Source of the DNA: Candidatus Thermosaccharophagus tengchongensis | Lineage (GTDB): Bacteria > Armatimonadota > Fervidibacteria > Fervidibacterales > Thermosaccharophagaceae | Assembly (NCBI GenBank): GCA_032161105.1 | Contig: JAVHTD010000026.1 | Direction: 5' to 3' (one strand) | Length of the DNA: 39,662 bases | Shown here: positions 27,198 to 36,134 of the stretch, piece after piece | How positions within the stretch are numbered: position 1 is the first letter of the stretch | Layout of the letters: each line of letters begins with the position of its first letter | Translations under genes and position numbers: made by a program | Notes under the pieces: model-generated | Database searches by the model: none | What the model was told of the DNA's origin: nothing | The model's input: the letters and a program-made list of their open reading frames with translations, nothing else

Positions 27198-28658
27198 CTA
27201 CATCATGAAGTGAATTAGCAGCGTCGCAAGACCGAGAAGTATAGTCACGCTCACGACATCCTGTATCGCCGTCTCAAATGGTCCAGCAGTCAGCGCCGGG
27301 TCAAAGCCGAGGCGCTTTGAGATCATCGGAATTACAGTTCCAACGAACCCCGATAGGTTGATGGCGACAAATATTGAGAAGCCAACGATGAACCCAAAGA
27401 CGGGGTCAAACAATGTCCCCTTCTGCAAGCCGTGCCAGAAGCCACCGACAAAGAAAAGCATCGTCCCGAGTATGCACCCAAGTATTGTGGTCGTCTGAAG
27501 CTGCCTTATCACAGGTCGCCACCACTCCTTCAAAGTGATGTGCCCCGTGGCTAAACCCCTTACGACTATCGTTGCCGATTGCAAACCGGTGTTTCCCGAG
27601 ATGGCTTGTATGACCGGTATGAACGAAGCGAGCAATATCACGCTCCCCAGAGTCTTATCAAACCGGTGGATGACGAAGCCGGCAATCAACTCAATCATGA
27701 CGGTGATGAGCAGCCACGGCAGGCGCAGGCGCGCAATCTCGGTTGGATGCCTCTTTTCAAGCTCTGCAGCATCTGAACCGACGGTGCGGAAGTGGTCTTC
27801 AACCAATTCCTCTTGGAGGACATCCATGATGTCGTCAACAGTTATGACGCCTATGAGCTTGTAATTTTTGTCAACCACTGGCAGGGCGAGCAAATCGTAG
27901 CGCATGAACATCTGAGCGACTTCTTCTTGGTCATGCTCCGGGAAGACGAATACGACGCCATGCGTCATGATGTCACGCACAAGTGTATCTGGCGGTGAGG
28001 CAATGAGCCTGCGCAAGTTCAACACGCCCTTCAGAACGCCGTTTTCATCCACGACATACACATAGTAAATGCTCTCAGCATCAGCACGCTCACGAAGCAG
28101 GTCAATGACCTGACTTACGGTCATGTCCTCCTTCACGGCTATGAAGTCTGGTGACATTATCCCGCCAGCAGTGTCTGGCGGATAGCGCAACAGCTCCCTA
28201 ACCTCCTGAGCCTCCTCTGGCTCCATGAGTTTGAAGAGTTCCTCCTGCTGCTCTGGCTCAAGCATCCCGATTATGTCGGCGCTCTCATCTGGCGGGAGAA
28301 TTTCAAGCATGTCCGAGAGCCTCTCTGGCTCCATCGTCCTGACGAGGTGCCTTTCGGTTGCCTCATCAGCTTCATCAAGCACCTCTGCAGCCGATTCCTC
28401 GTCAAGCAATTTGAACACCTGCTCCTTCTCCCAATCGTGTAAGAAGCGCATGGCGAGGGCTATATCGGCTGGATGAAACTGTGAGAGGAATTGGCGCAAG
28501 CCCTCCGTATGCTTTGATGAGAGGAAACGCCTTATCTCGTGGATGACCTGTGCCACTTCCTCCTTCGGATGGATGAACCTGCGCTTCATCCAGAAGCGTT
28601 CCTTCAAAGAGAGCATGTCACGAAGTTGCTTTCGCAAACGCATTTCCATCACTCCCAC
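27198..28658 (-). CDS. mgtE: Magnesium transporter MgtE
   Basis: HPADIA N-domain, Y..DTAGGIM, CBS pair, GVITVDD, RLPWL, GNTGLQS, DPALTAGP, TM5 Asp in TAIQD. Confidence 0.95.
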   Translation of the reverse strand: MGVMEMRLRKQLRDMLSLKERFWMKRRFIHPKEEVAQVIHEIRRFLSSKHTEGLRQFLSQFHPADIALAMRFLHDWEKEQVFKLLDEESAAEVLDEADEATERHLVRTMEPERLSDMLEILPPDESADIIGMLEPEQQEELFKLMEPEEAQEVRELLRYPPDTAGGIMSPDFIAVKEDMTVSQVIDLLRERADAESIYYVYVVDENGVLKGVLNLRRLIASPPDTLVRDIMTHGVVFVFPEHDQEEVAQMFMRYDLLALPVVDKNYKLIGVITVDDIMDVLQEELVEDHFRTVGSDAAELEKRHPTEIARLRLPWLLITVMIELIAGFVIHRFDKTLGSVILLASFIPVIQAISGNTGLQSATIVVRGLATGHITLKEWWRPVIRQLQTTTILGCILGTMLFFVGGFWHGLQKGTLFDPVFGFIVGFSIFVAINLSGFVGTVIPMISKRLGFDPALTAGPFETAIQDVVSVTILLGLATLLIHFMM

Positions 28659-28906
28659 ACAGCTGACCTTACCTGCTGACTATGATGCCACTCGGAATGG
28701 CGAAAGCCAACAGCTCAGTGCTGCGTGAACATCACAAACGGCATCGCAGTATGCCAGTCATAACACTTGAGTTTTTTTGCCCCGCATCTCACCTGCTCGG
28801 TTCTGTGAGGTTCATGCATAGCTGCCCGTCTTCCTTATCACCGCTTCGCCTTCCGCTGCCGTCTCATGCGTTGAAGCACGCCATTCACCGCGGGAGCTTA
28901 ACCGCC

Positions 28907-30301
28907 TCAAAACTCAGCTCCAACCCAAATCAACAGGTCGGCTACATTCGGGCGCCCGTCATGAAACCACCACTTCCTTGGGAGCTGCATTTCGCCGAGC
29001 GCACATACTCTCGGTATGCCGACGGATGAAAGGAAGTCAAGCAACTCCCCCTCACACGCCTTGCAGATGCTGCATCCTGCAACCGATATGAAGCCGACAA
29101 ATGGCTCAATCTCGCCGCGCAACTCCTCAATGGATTGCACGCTGCGGAGCAAAACAGTCCTCGGCGGGCATGTTAAATGGCGCGCATAAAGCGTGCCCAT
29201 GATTGGCTCGCTCAAAAGAACAATCGTCCATTCTGTGAGATGCCTCCTCGCTATGACCTCTGCACCAGCCATCATGTAAACAGCCCGCCAGCTTTGTATG
29301 TTAGCCGAGCGCTCCAGTGCATACCTGCTGTGCAGCAACTTGCGAGGGAGGGCTTCAAGCGCCGAAGAGAGGCATTCAGCAAACCTCTCCTCATCGCCTG
29401 ACTCACCGCAGACAAACACAACATGGGGTGACATGCAACCCTGCTGGTCAAACATGACCATTTCATTTGCGAGCCTTTGCGCCGCATCAACCAAATCACA
29501 ATGCGAGTCAATAATGCCGACCCCGATCTTGTGCCCGTATGGGATAAAGCGCTTCGTCGGCGGAAGACGATTGCGTATGCTTTGGATCGTCTCCATGCTC
29601 CCGTATGCTATGACGGCATCGGCGCGCTTGAATGCGGTTGACTCAATCGCATCATCACCGCCATGCCAATTGACAACCGCAATGCATGATGCAAGCTCAT
29701 CATCCACACGGCTCAGCGCGTGCGCAAACATCGCCGTTAGGACTGGCTCATCAAAGCTCACCTTCACGAGCGAACTTGACTTTGATAGGAGAGCACATGC
29801 TATGCTTGTGATGCCGATGGCGGGTATGTTTCCTGCGAGCACATGCAGAGTGAGCGAATGACCCGTGAGGCGAAAACGCCTATCCTCACTCAACCTCACC
29901 CATCCATCAAGTGCCGCTGGCTCGCGCAGCTCTTCATGAAGCATCTCCCAAAGCGATTCAAATCGCAGCCGCTCAAGCGTATTCCTCAACCCAAGCTCAA
30001 TTGCTCCCCTTGAATAGCCCGTGACTTTCTCTGCAGCTGAAACTGCCCCGTCAAACAAAAATGCGTCGCTCAACCACGCTAATGCGACCTCATCAAGCGC
30101 CTCGGCAATGCTGCGTGCCGACCTTTTGGCAAGCCTTGAGCGGGCTTCAACCAACTTGGAACATATGAGCTCAATGTCATCTGCTGTCACCTCAACAAAC
30201 TCAACCTCTGCTTCCCCCACGCGCTCTATGCGAGTTCCTTTGGGAGCATGCGGAAGAAAATACGCCCGATATGGCTCACAGATATCAAACAGGCTTCCCA
30301 T
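28907..30301 (-). CDS. Acyl-CoA reductase, LuxC family
   Basis: HVLAGNIP, LLSKS..VK, W.GG, AVIAYGS.ETI, YGHKIG, FDQQGCMSP (catalytic Cys), RVCALGEMQ.P...HDG. Confidence 0.88.
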   Translation of the reverse strand: MGSLFDICEPYRAYFLPHAPKGTRIERVGEAEVEFVEVTADDIELICSKLVEARSRLAKRSARSIAEALDEVALAWLSDAFLFDGAVSAAEKVTGYSRGAIELGLRNTLERLRFESLWEMLHEELREPAALDGWVRLSEDRRFRLTGHSLTLHVLAGNIPAIGITSIACALLSKSSSLVKVSFDEPVLTAMFAHALSRVDDELASCIAVVNWHGGDDAIESTAFKRADAVIAYGSMETIQSIRNRLPPTKRFIPYGHKIGVGIIDSHCDLVDAAQRLANEMVMFDQQGCMSPHVVFVCGESGDEERFAECLSSALEALPRKLLHSRYALERSANIQSWRAVYMMAGAEVIARRHLTEWTIVLLSEPIMGTLYARHLTCPPRTVLLRSVQSIEELRGEIEPFVGFISVAGCSICKACEGELLDFLSSVGIPRVCALGEMQLPRKWWFHDGRPNVADLLIWVGAEF

Positions 30302-30637
30302 GTCACCCACCACACTTAGCAGCATGTTGAGAAAGGCACAATACAGCGTGAATGCACTCAGTAATTATGAGGTTGCATAGTGCCTGAGTTGACTTTCGGA
30401 ACAATCATCCACTTGCACAGCCCTGAATGTGCTTGATTTGAAGAGCCGCAAAGCGACTGCGGTCAGAAGAAAAAGCCCTCCACCTTGACCAACGACGCAA
30501 CTGGATGAGCTGCGCAAGCTGCATTTGAGCAACACTTGCATCGGTTGACTAAGTGAGCGCATATTCAATAGCGGCTTTGCAACTTTGCGAATTTTGATGC
30601 GCTGATGACCTCGTGCACGCACAGAGGTGGCTTTACA

Positions 30638-31585
30638 ATGCGACATCTTAAATGCCCATTGTGCGGCGCTCCCATAAGGAGCGAAACAAAATTTTGCCCA
30701 AGCTGTGGTGGTGACATAACTGGAAATGTCCATGAGGAGCAAAGGATGGTGCTCGTCAAACCGCCCCGATACCACCGTGAGCTCATCATCGGTGTTGCCA
30801 TAGCAGGCGTTGCCACAGCACTCATAGCGCTTATTGGCGTCCTTTTGTTTTTGCGCATTGGCAAATATGGTGGCACACAAATGCTGACGCCAGTTGAGCT
30901 GCCAAAGAGCATTCAACGCCCTGAACCAATCCCGCCACCGATGTCCGTGCAGCCGATTATGCCACCGCCGCAAACTGTTGAGCCACCGCCAATCCAAATC
31001 GTGGAGCGCCATGAACCCAAAGAGGAGGTCAAGCGTGAGGAACCGCAACCACAGGAACCACCGCAGATGCAACAACCACAACAGCCACAAGTGCCACCTG
31101 ATGTGCTCGCTTACCTTCGCGCCCTTGAAAGGATTGAAAGGCAACGCAAGGGCATCTCAACCAGCCCTGGCGGAGTGTTTGAATTGCTGGCTGCGGCGAT
31201 TGCGCTTGTCCAATCCACATACTCGTTCAACCTTGACGAACCCGAAAGCTCACCGAGTGCTGAGCAGGCATGGCAAAGGATAGCTAACGGGTTTGCCCGC
31301 TATAGGAATGCATATGCGAACTTGCTTGTCCAACTCCGTTTGCTTCGTCCGCCACCGTCATGTGTCCAACTGCACAACTATTACGATGCAGCATTGCAGG
31401 AGCATGTGAAAGTCATAAGGGAGCTTGAAGCGGCACTTGCAACGAGGAATATAGCCAGCCCCCTATTCAGCCTCCTCACTGTTAGCACACGCTTAAAGTT
31501 GCCACTTAAGCTCGCCGATAAGGAGCTTGGAAATGTGTGCGAACAGTTTGTCATACCGAAGTTCTTTGACATCGGTGACGAATGA
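30638..31585 (+). CDS. Zinc-ribbon / single-TM / Pro-Gln linker / helical-domain hypothetical protein
   Basis: CPLCG...FCPSCG; TM IIGVAIAGVATALIALIGVLLFL; low-complexity P/Q/E linker; SD GAGGTGG 7 nt before ATG 30638. Confidence 0.82.
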   Translation: MRHLKCPLCGAPIRSETKFCPSCGGDITGNVHEEQRMVLVKPPRYHRELIIGVAIAGVATALIALIGVLLFLRIGKYGGTQMLTPVELPKSIQRPEPIPPPMSVQPIMPPPQTVEPPPIQIVERHEPKEEVKREEPQPQEPPQMQQPQQPQVPPDVLAYLRALERIERQRKGISTSPGGVFELLAAAIALVQSTYSFNLDEPESSPSAEQAWQRIANGFARYRNAYANLLVQLRLLRPPPSCVQLHNYYDAALQEHVKVIRELEAALATRNIASPLFSLLTVSTRLKLPLKLADKELGNVCEQFVIPKFFDIGDE

Positions 31586-31792
31586 GAAACGCCAAAGGCA
31601 GCCAAAAGCCCCCACTGTGGAGGGATGAATTTTCACCCTACCCGTTGAATGTCTTCGGGCAGTGAGAGAAGAATGGAAGCAATCAAGGATGGCACTTATA
31701 GGCTCATCCGAAACCGCCTTCGTTGGCAAAGTTCACCACTGCGGGCTACCATTAGCGATAAAGCTGTTCATCATTCGTGGAGGTGAATGAAA

Positions 31793-32806
31793 GTGAGGCA
31801 TACCCATACAGTTGTTTGCGATGGACCAAATCAAGTCACCATCCACGAGGAACCACTGCCAGAACTTGGTCAGGGCATGTTTCTTGTGCGCGCCAAACTC
31901 ACCGCAATTAGCACTGGCACAGAAATGACGCTTGTTACTGGTGATTTTGAGCCGAGCAGCGTTTGGGCAAGGCTTGCACGCTACCCTTTGAAGCTCGGCT
32001 ACAGCCATCTTGGCGAGGTAGTTGCAGTTGGAGACGGAGTTGAGGGGGTGCAAATTGGCGATAGAGTTGTCGGATGGAAGAACCATTCCAAATTCGCAGT
32101 TTACCGTGCGGGCGAATTTTTCGCCAAAGTTCCCGATGGCGTTTCGGATGAATCGGCTGTGCTTTTTGCGCTTGCAGTCATCGCGCTTAATGGAGTTCGT
32201 AGAGCAAAGGTGCAACTTGGCGAATGTGCCGTTGTCTTTGGGCTCGGTCCAATTGGAATTTGGGCGGCACAATTTTCCTACTTGTGTGGCGCACGCCCTG
32301 TGATCGGCGTTGATTTGCTTGAGCATCGCCGACTGCTGGCTGAGCAAGTTAAGGCTGTGGATGTTGCCCTTGACGGCGCCGATGAAAGTCTCCCTGATAT
32401 TGTCTCGGAATTGACTAATGGAAGGATGGCAGATGTCGTATTTGAGGTGACGGGCAATCCGAAAGCAATATTGGACGAAGTAAGGCTTTTGCGGAGGCAG
32501 GGTCGGCTAATCATACTGAGCAGCCCGAGGGGAAAAACGGAGTTTGACTTCCACGATTGGTGCAATTGGACAAGCATCAGTATCATCGGAGCACACAACA
32601 GCTCGCATCCGCCACACGAAAACCCAGATGACCCATGGACACAAAAGCGCAATGTTGAGCTGTTCTTTGAGCTTATCAGGCGAAATGAAGTGGCTACAAC
32701 TCAGCTCATAACGCATCGTTTCAAATGGCACGATGCGCCAAAAGCCTATGAGCTATTGATGAAGCAACGAGGACAAACAGGCATTGTGATCCTTGATTGG
32801 CAGTGA
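31793..32806 (+). CDS. Zinc-binding (MDR family) alcohol/sugar dehydrogenase
   Basis: ISTGTE, GYSHLGEV..VG.GV, GLGPIG, ADVVFEVTG, LITHRF; SD GGAGGTG spaced for GTG 31793 (ATG 31787 alternative). Confidence 0.88.
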   Translation: MRHTHTVVCDGPNQVTIHEEPLPELGQGMFLVRAKLTAISTGTEMTLVTGDFEPSSVWARLARYPLKLGYSHLGEVVAVGDGVEGVQIGDRVVGWKNHSKFAVYRAGEFFAKVPDGVSDESAVLFALAVIALNGVRRAKVQLGECAVVFGLGPIGIWAAQFSYLCGARPVIGVDLLEHRRLLAEQVKAVDVALDGADESLPDIVSELTNGRMADVVFEVTGNPKAILDEVRLLRRQGRLIILSSPRGKTEFDFHDWCNWTSISIIGAHNSSHPPHENPDDPWTQKRNVELFFELIRRNEVATTQLITHRFKWHDAPKAYELLMKQRGQTGIVILDWQ

Positions 32807-32855
32807 CGCACAGTGAGAAGCCGAAATAACTGCATTATTGGGGGTGGGCACAAAA

Positions 32856-34892
32856 ATGATGTCAATACTGGCGTTGACAATGCTATTTGCGGCAATACAG
32901 GATGTTGTAGTGCTTGAGGATTTTGAGCAGCCAAAGGAGTTGCGCCTCGGCGGAATGCAAATCCAACCGCAGTCGCAGGTGCGTTTGAGTGAAATTGAGC
33001 CATTTGATGGGAAAAGGTGCGCCGAATTGCGCTACCGATTTGAGCGCATAAGCGGTCTGCAATACCTTGAGGTTATCGCACCGCATAAGTTGACAGAAAA
33101 ACCCAGCAAAATCAGCATCGCAGTTCGTGGGGACGGCTCGGGAAATATCGTCCGAGTAAGATTCGTTGATGCTAATAACGAGTGGCACCAATACGACTTG
33201 GGCGTGCTCCATTTTCGTGGGTGGCGAGTCCTTTGGACACGCTTTGATTCGCCACACGGCTACTGGGGTGGGGATGGCAACGGGAAATTGGACTTTCCCG
33301 TAACATTTTTCAGCATCGTCCTTGATTCCCTCGTTCGCCCATCTGAGGGGGTTGTCGCCTTTGACGGAGTAACAATCTACTATGGTGAGGAGCCAAAATT
33401 GCCAGTGGAAGTGAGATTTATTCCAGCGGAACAGTGGGGCTACTTTTGGGGCAAAGATGCAGTGCCATCTGGCAAACTCGTGCTTACAAACACGACCAAG
33501 CAACCTGCCGATGTTGAAATAACCGCCAATTTGCTGAATCACCGCGAGGAAACTATAGGGCAAATTTGGCAAAGTAAATTGACAATCGCCCCAGAAAAGC
33601 CGTATGAGCATAACTTTAAGCTGCGATTGACCAAATTTGGCGTATACTTTTTGGAAACGCACATCACCGCTACACTTGATGGACTCGGAAAGGAGTTAAC
33701 TGCCACTCGCCTAAATTCCATATGTTGGCTGCCAGAACCAGCACAAATTTGGGACGAAAGTCCATTCGGAGTTTGCACCCATTTCGGTCAGTTTAAGCAT
33801 AAGGTGCCAGAGACATTGGAACTCATCAAGCGCATGGGCGCCGCTTGGATTCGCGACGAAATTTATTGGGGCAATGTTGAGCGAGAGAAGGGCAATTTCA
33901 GCTTCCCAGACTACTACGATGCTTACATGAAGGTAGCGAGAAAACTTGGCATTCGCCCACTCATCATCTTCAATTACGCAAACCGCCATTACGATGGCGG
34001 ACTCGCACCACACACTGATGAAGGCAGAGAAGCATTCTCACGATATTGCAGGGAATTGATGAGCCGTTACGGGGACATCTGCCGCCATTGGGAGGTGTGG
34101 AATGAGCCAAACATCGGTTTTTGGAGACCGAAGCCAAACCCAGAAGATTACACAAACTTGCTCAAAGCCGTCCACAGAACTGTCAAATCTGCCGATAAAA
34201 ATGCAACCGTCGTTGGGGTTTGCACCGCTGGGACAGACATGAAGTTCATTGAGGAAGTCCTCAAGCGAGACGGCGGCAAGTTCATGGATGCGATTTCGGT
34301 GCACCCATACCGCTATCCAAGATCGCCAGAAACAAGCAACTTTGTCGGGGAAATGATGACGTTGAAGGAATTGCTTGACAGGTATGGTGCGGGAAACATT
34401 AAAGTTTGGCTCACAGAGTTTGGTTACCCAACACATGTTACTGGCGGGACACCACAATGGCTTTCCGCAGCCTACATCGTTCGGACATTCCTATGGGCGT
34501 TGACACTGCCGTTCATTGAAAGGCTCTTTGTCTACGATTTCCAAGATGACGGTGAGGATCCAACATATAACGAGCACAACTTTGGGCTAATTCGGCTTGA
34601 TAATTCGCCAAAAGTTGGCTATGCAGCATTTAACACGATGGCGAGGTTGCTCTATCGCAAGTCTTTCTTGCGGCGAGTTGATGTTGGTGAAGGGGCTGTT
34701 TGCCTCGTATTTAGCGGGGATGATGGTGAAATTTGGGCATTGTGGGCAGTTGAAGGCGAAAGAAATGTCATCCTGAAAGTTCGGTCAAAAACTGTAACTA
34801 TTACCGACTTAATGGGGAATGAAATGGTGATGCCAGTCAACAATCAACTTGCCGTTACATTGACTCCAGAGCCGATTTTCATCCGCCCATGA
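32856..34892 (+). CDS. Secreted clan GH-A glycoside hydrolase (GH39/GH5-like) with N-terminal carbohydrate-binding-like and Ig-like domains
   Basis: Short signal; LEDFE...GDGSGN...F.GWR (CBM-like); SPFGVCTH, WIRDE, WEVWNEP (acid/base), DAISVHPY, WLTEFGY (nucleophile), NFGL. Confidence 0.85.
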   Translation: MMSILALTMLFAAIQDVVVLEDFEQPKELRLGGMQIQPQSQVRLSEIEPFDGKRCAELRYRFERISGLQYLEVIAPHKLTEKPSKISIAVRGDGSGNIVRVRFVDANNEWHQYDLGVLHFRGWRVLWTRFDSPHGYWGGDGNGKLDFPVTFFSIVLDSLVRPSEGVVAFDGVTIYYGEEPKLPVEVRFIPAEQWGYFWGKDAVPSGKLVLTNTTKQPADVEITANLLNHREETIGQIWQSKLTIAPEKPYEHNFKLRLTKFGVYFLETHITATLDGLGKELTATRLNSICWLPEPAQIWDESPFGVCTHFGQFKHKVPETLELIKRMGAAWIRDEIYWGNVEREKGNFSFPDYYDAYMKVARKLGIRPLIIFNYANRHYDGGLAPHTDEGREAFSRYCRELMSRYGDICRHWEVWNEPNIGFWRPKPNPEDYTNLLKAVHRTVKSADKNATVVGVCTAGTDMKFIEEVLKRDGGKFMDAISVHPYRYPRSPETSNFVGEMMTLKELLDRYGAGNIKVWLTEFGYPTHVTGGTPQWLSAAYIVRTFLWALTLPFIERLFVYDFQDDGEDPTYNEHNFGLIRLDNSPKVGYAAFNTMARLLYRKSFLRRVDVGEGAVCLVFSGDDGEIWALWAVEGERNVILKVRSKTVTITDLMGNEMVMPVNNQLAVTLTPEPIFIRP

Positions 34893-34976
34893 CATGGTGG
34901 CAACATCCTGAGCCGCAGCGCTGCAGAAGTGAAGAAAGGATGCCTTTGCACAATTCCCCAATTCATTGGTGAGGTG

Positions 34977-36053
34977 ATGAAAATGTTGCAGTCCACGGCA
35001 AAAATATTCCACATCGTCCTCCCGATAACAGCGACGATGTTGGCATTTGCGGGATTTGGCACAGTTGCCCATGACAGCGGCGGTGAGAAAAATGGGACAT
35101 TTAATGGCATACTCCTCGGAAACTTTGATTGGATTTGCAGCCCACCGCTTATCTCACCGATGCAGCATCCAGATGATTTCTTTTACTCCGTCAAAGATCC
35201 GTCAATTGTCTTTTACGGCGGAAAATGGCACCTATTTTGCACAGTTAGAGGCAAAAGGCGCTCGCATCAGATTGAATACATCACTTTTACCGATTTTGAG
35301 CATGTATCAGGCGCAAAGCGTTGGCTATTGCAAATAACCGATGGCTATTTCTGTGCGCCACAGGTCTTTTATTTCACCCCACACAAAAAATGGTATCTTA
35401 TTTTCCAAATCATTGACCAAACCCGCAAGCCAGCGCTTCAACCAGCATACTCAACAAATGACGATGTTGCCAATCCGCACGGTTGGACTAAACCGAAGTT
35501 GCTTTTCGCCGAACAGCCAAAGAATGTGGAACGATGGATTGATTTTTGGGTCATTTGTGACGGGGAGCAAGCTCACCTCTTCTTCACATCGCTTGATGGA
35601 AAAATGTGGCGCTCCGAGACAAAATTATCGTCATTTCCTGATGGTTGGAGTGAACCAAAAGTCGTTTTGAGAGGCGACATCTTTGAAGCAAGCCATACAT
35701 ATCGCTTGCGAGGATTAAACATGTATTTGACAATAATTGAGGCGCAGGGACCAAACGGCAGGAGATACTACAAGGCTTATGTCGCAAAATCGCTTGATGG
35801 CGACTGGAAACCAATTGCAGATACATATGAAAAACCATTTGCAAGCCCCGTAAATGTGCAATTTGTTGGCGAACGCTGGACGGATTCGTTTAGCCATGGC
35901 GAATTGATCCGCCTCGGATATGATGAGCGAATGGAGATAGATCCCAAGAATATCCGCTTCCTTTTTCAGGGTGTTTCCGACAGGGAACGGGCGGGCAAAA
36001 GCTACGGTGAGATACCTTGGAGATTGGGCTTGCTAATTCAACTTAACCATTGA
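34977..36053 (+). CDS. GH62 alpha-L-arabinofuranosidase
   Basis: KDPSIV, APQVFYF, WIDFWVICD, FEAS, YLTIIEA, SHGELIR, FLFQG, PWRLGLL; N-terminal signal. Confidence 0.9.
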   Translation: MKMLQSTAKIFHIVLPITATMLAFAGFGTVAHDSGGEKNGTFNGILLGNFDWICSPPLISPMQHPDDFFYSVKDPSIVFYGGKWHLFCTVRGKRRSHQIEYITFTDFEHVSGAKRWLLQITDGYFCAPQVFYFTPHKKWYLIFQIIDQTRKPALQPAYSTNDDVANPHGWTKPKLLFAEQPKNVERWIDFWVICDGEQAHLFFTSLDGKMWRSETKLSSFPDGWSEPKVVLRGDIFEASHTYRLRGLNMYLTIIEAQGPNGRRYYKAYVAKSLDGDWKPIADTYEKPFASPVNVQFVGERWTDSFSHGELIRLGYDERMEIDPKNIRFLFQGVSDRERAGKSYGEIPWRLGLLIQLNH

Positions 36054-36073
36054 AATGCGAAGGCATTGCCACC

Positions 36074-36110
36074 AAAAAATTAGTGAGACGCCAAACCATT
36101 TGGTCTCGCT
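36074..36110 (-). terminator. Probable intrinsic terminator for the GH42-like gene (possibly bidirectional)
   Basis: Stem AGTGAGA-cg-CCAAA-cca-TTTGG-TCTCGCT with AAAAAA on its left (U-tract on minus strand), between convergent genes. Confidence 0.55.
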
Positions 36111-36134
36111 GCTTGCTGCGAACGATGAACCGAC

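Noticed and set aside
28659..28906. Canonical M-box (ykoK) riboswitch or MgtL-type leader peptide
   Set aside because: Consensus elements not recognised; short upstream ORFs lack good SDs and are not Pro-rich
28907..30301. Bioluminescence (lux) operon
   Set aside because: Only a luxC-like gene; no luxA, luxB, luxD or luxE in the window
30365..31144. 259-aa minus-strand ORF rich in W/L/R
   Set aside because: Antisense shadow of the Pro/Gln-rich linker of the zinc-ribbon gene
31649..31786. 45-aa ORF ending immediately before the dehydrogenase gene, possible remnant
   Set aside because: No SD and no recognisable motif; cannot be told apart from chance
32883..33662. 259-aa minus-strand ORF
   Set aside because: Lies wholly antisense to a well-supported GH gene; no motifs
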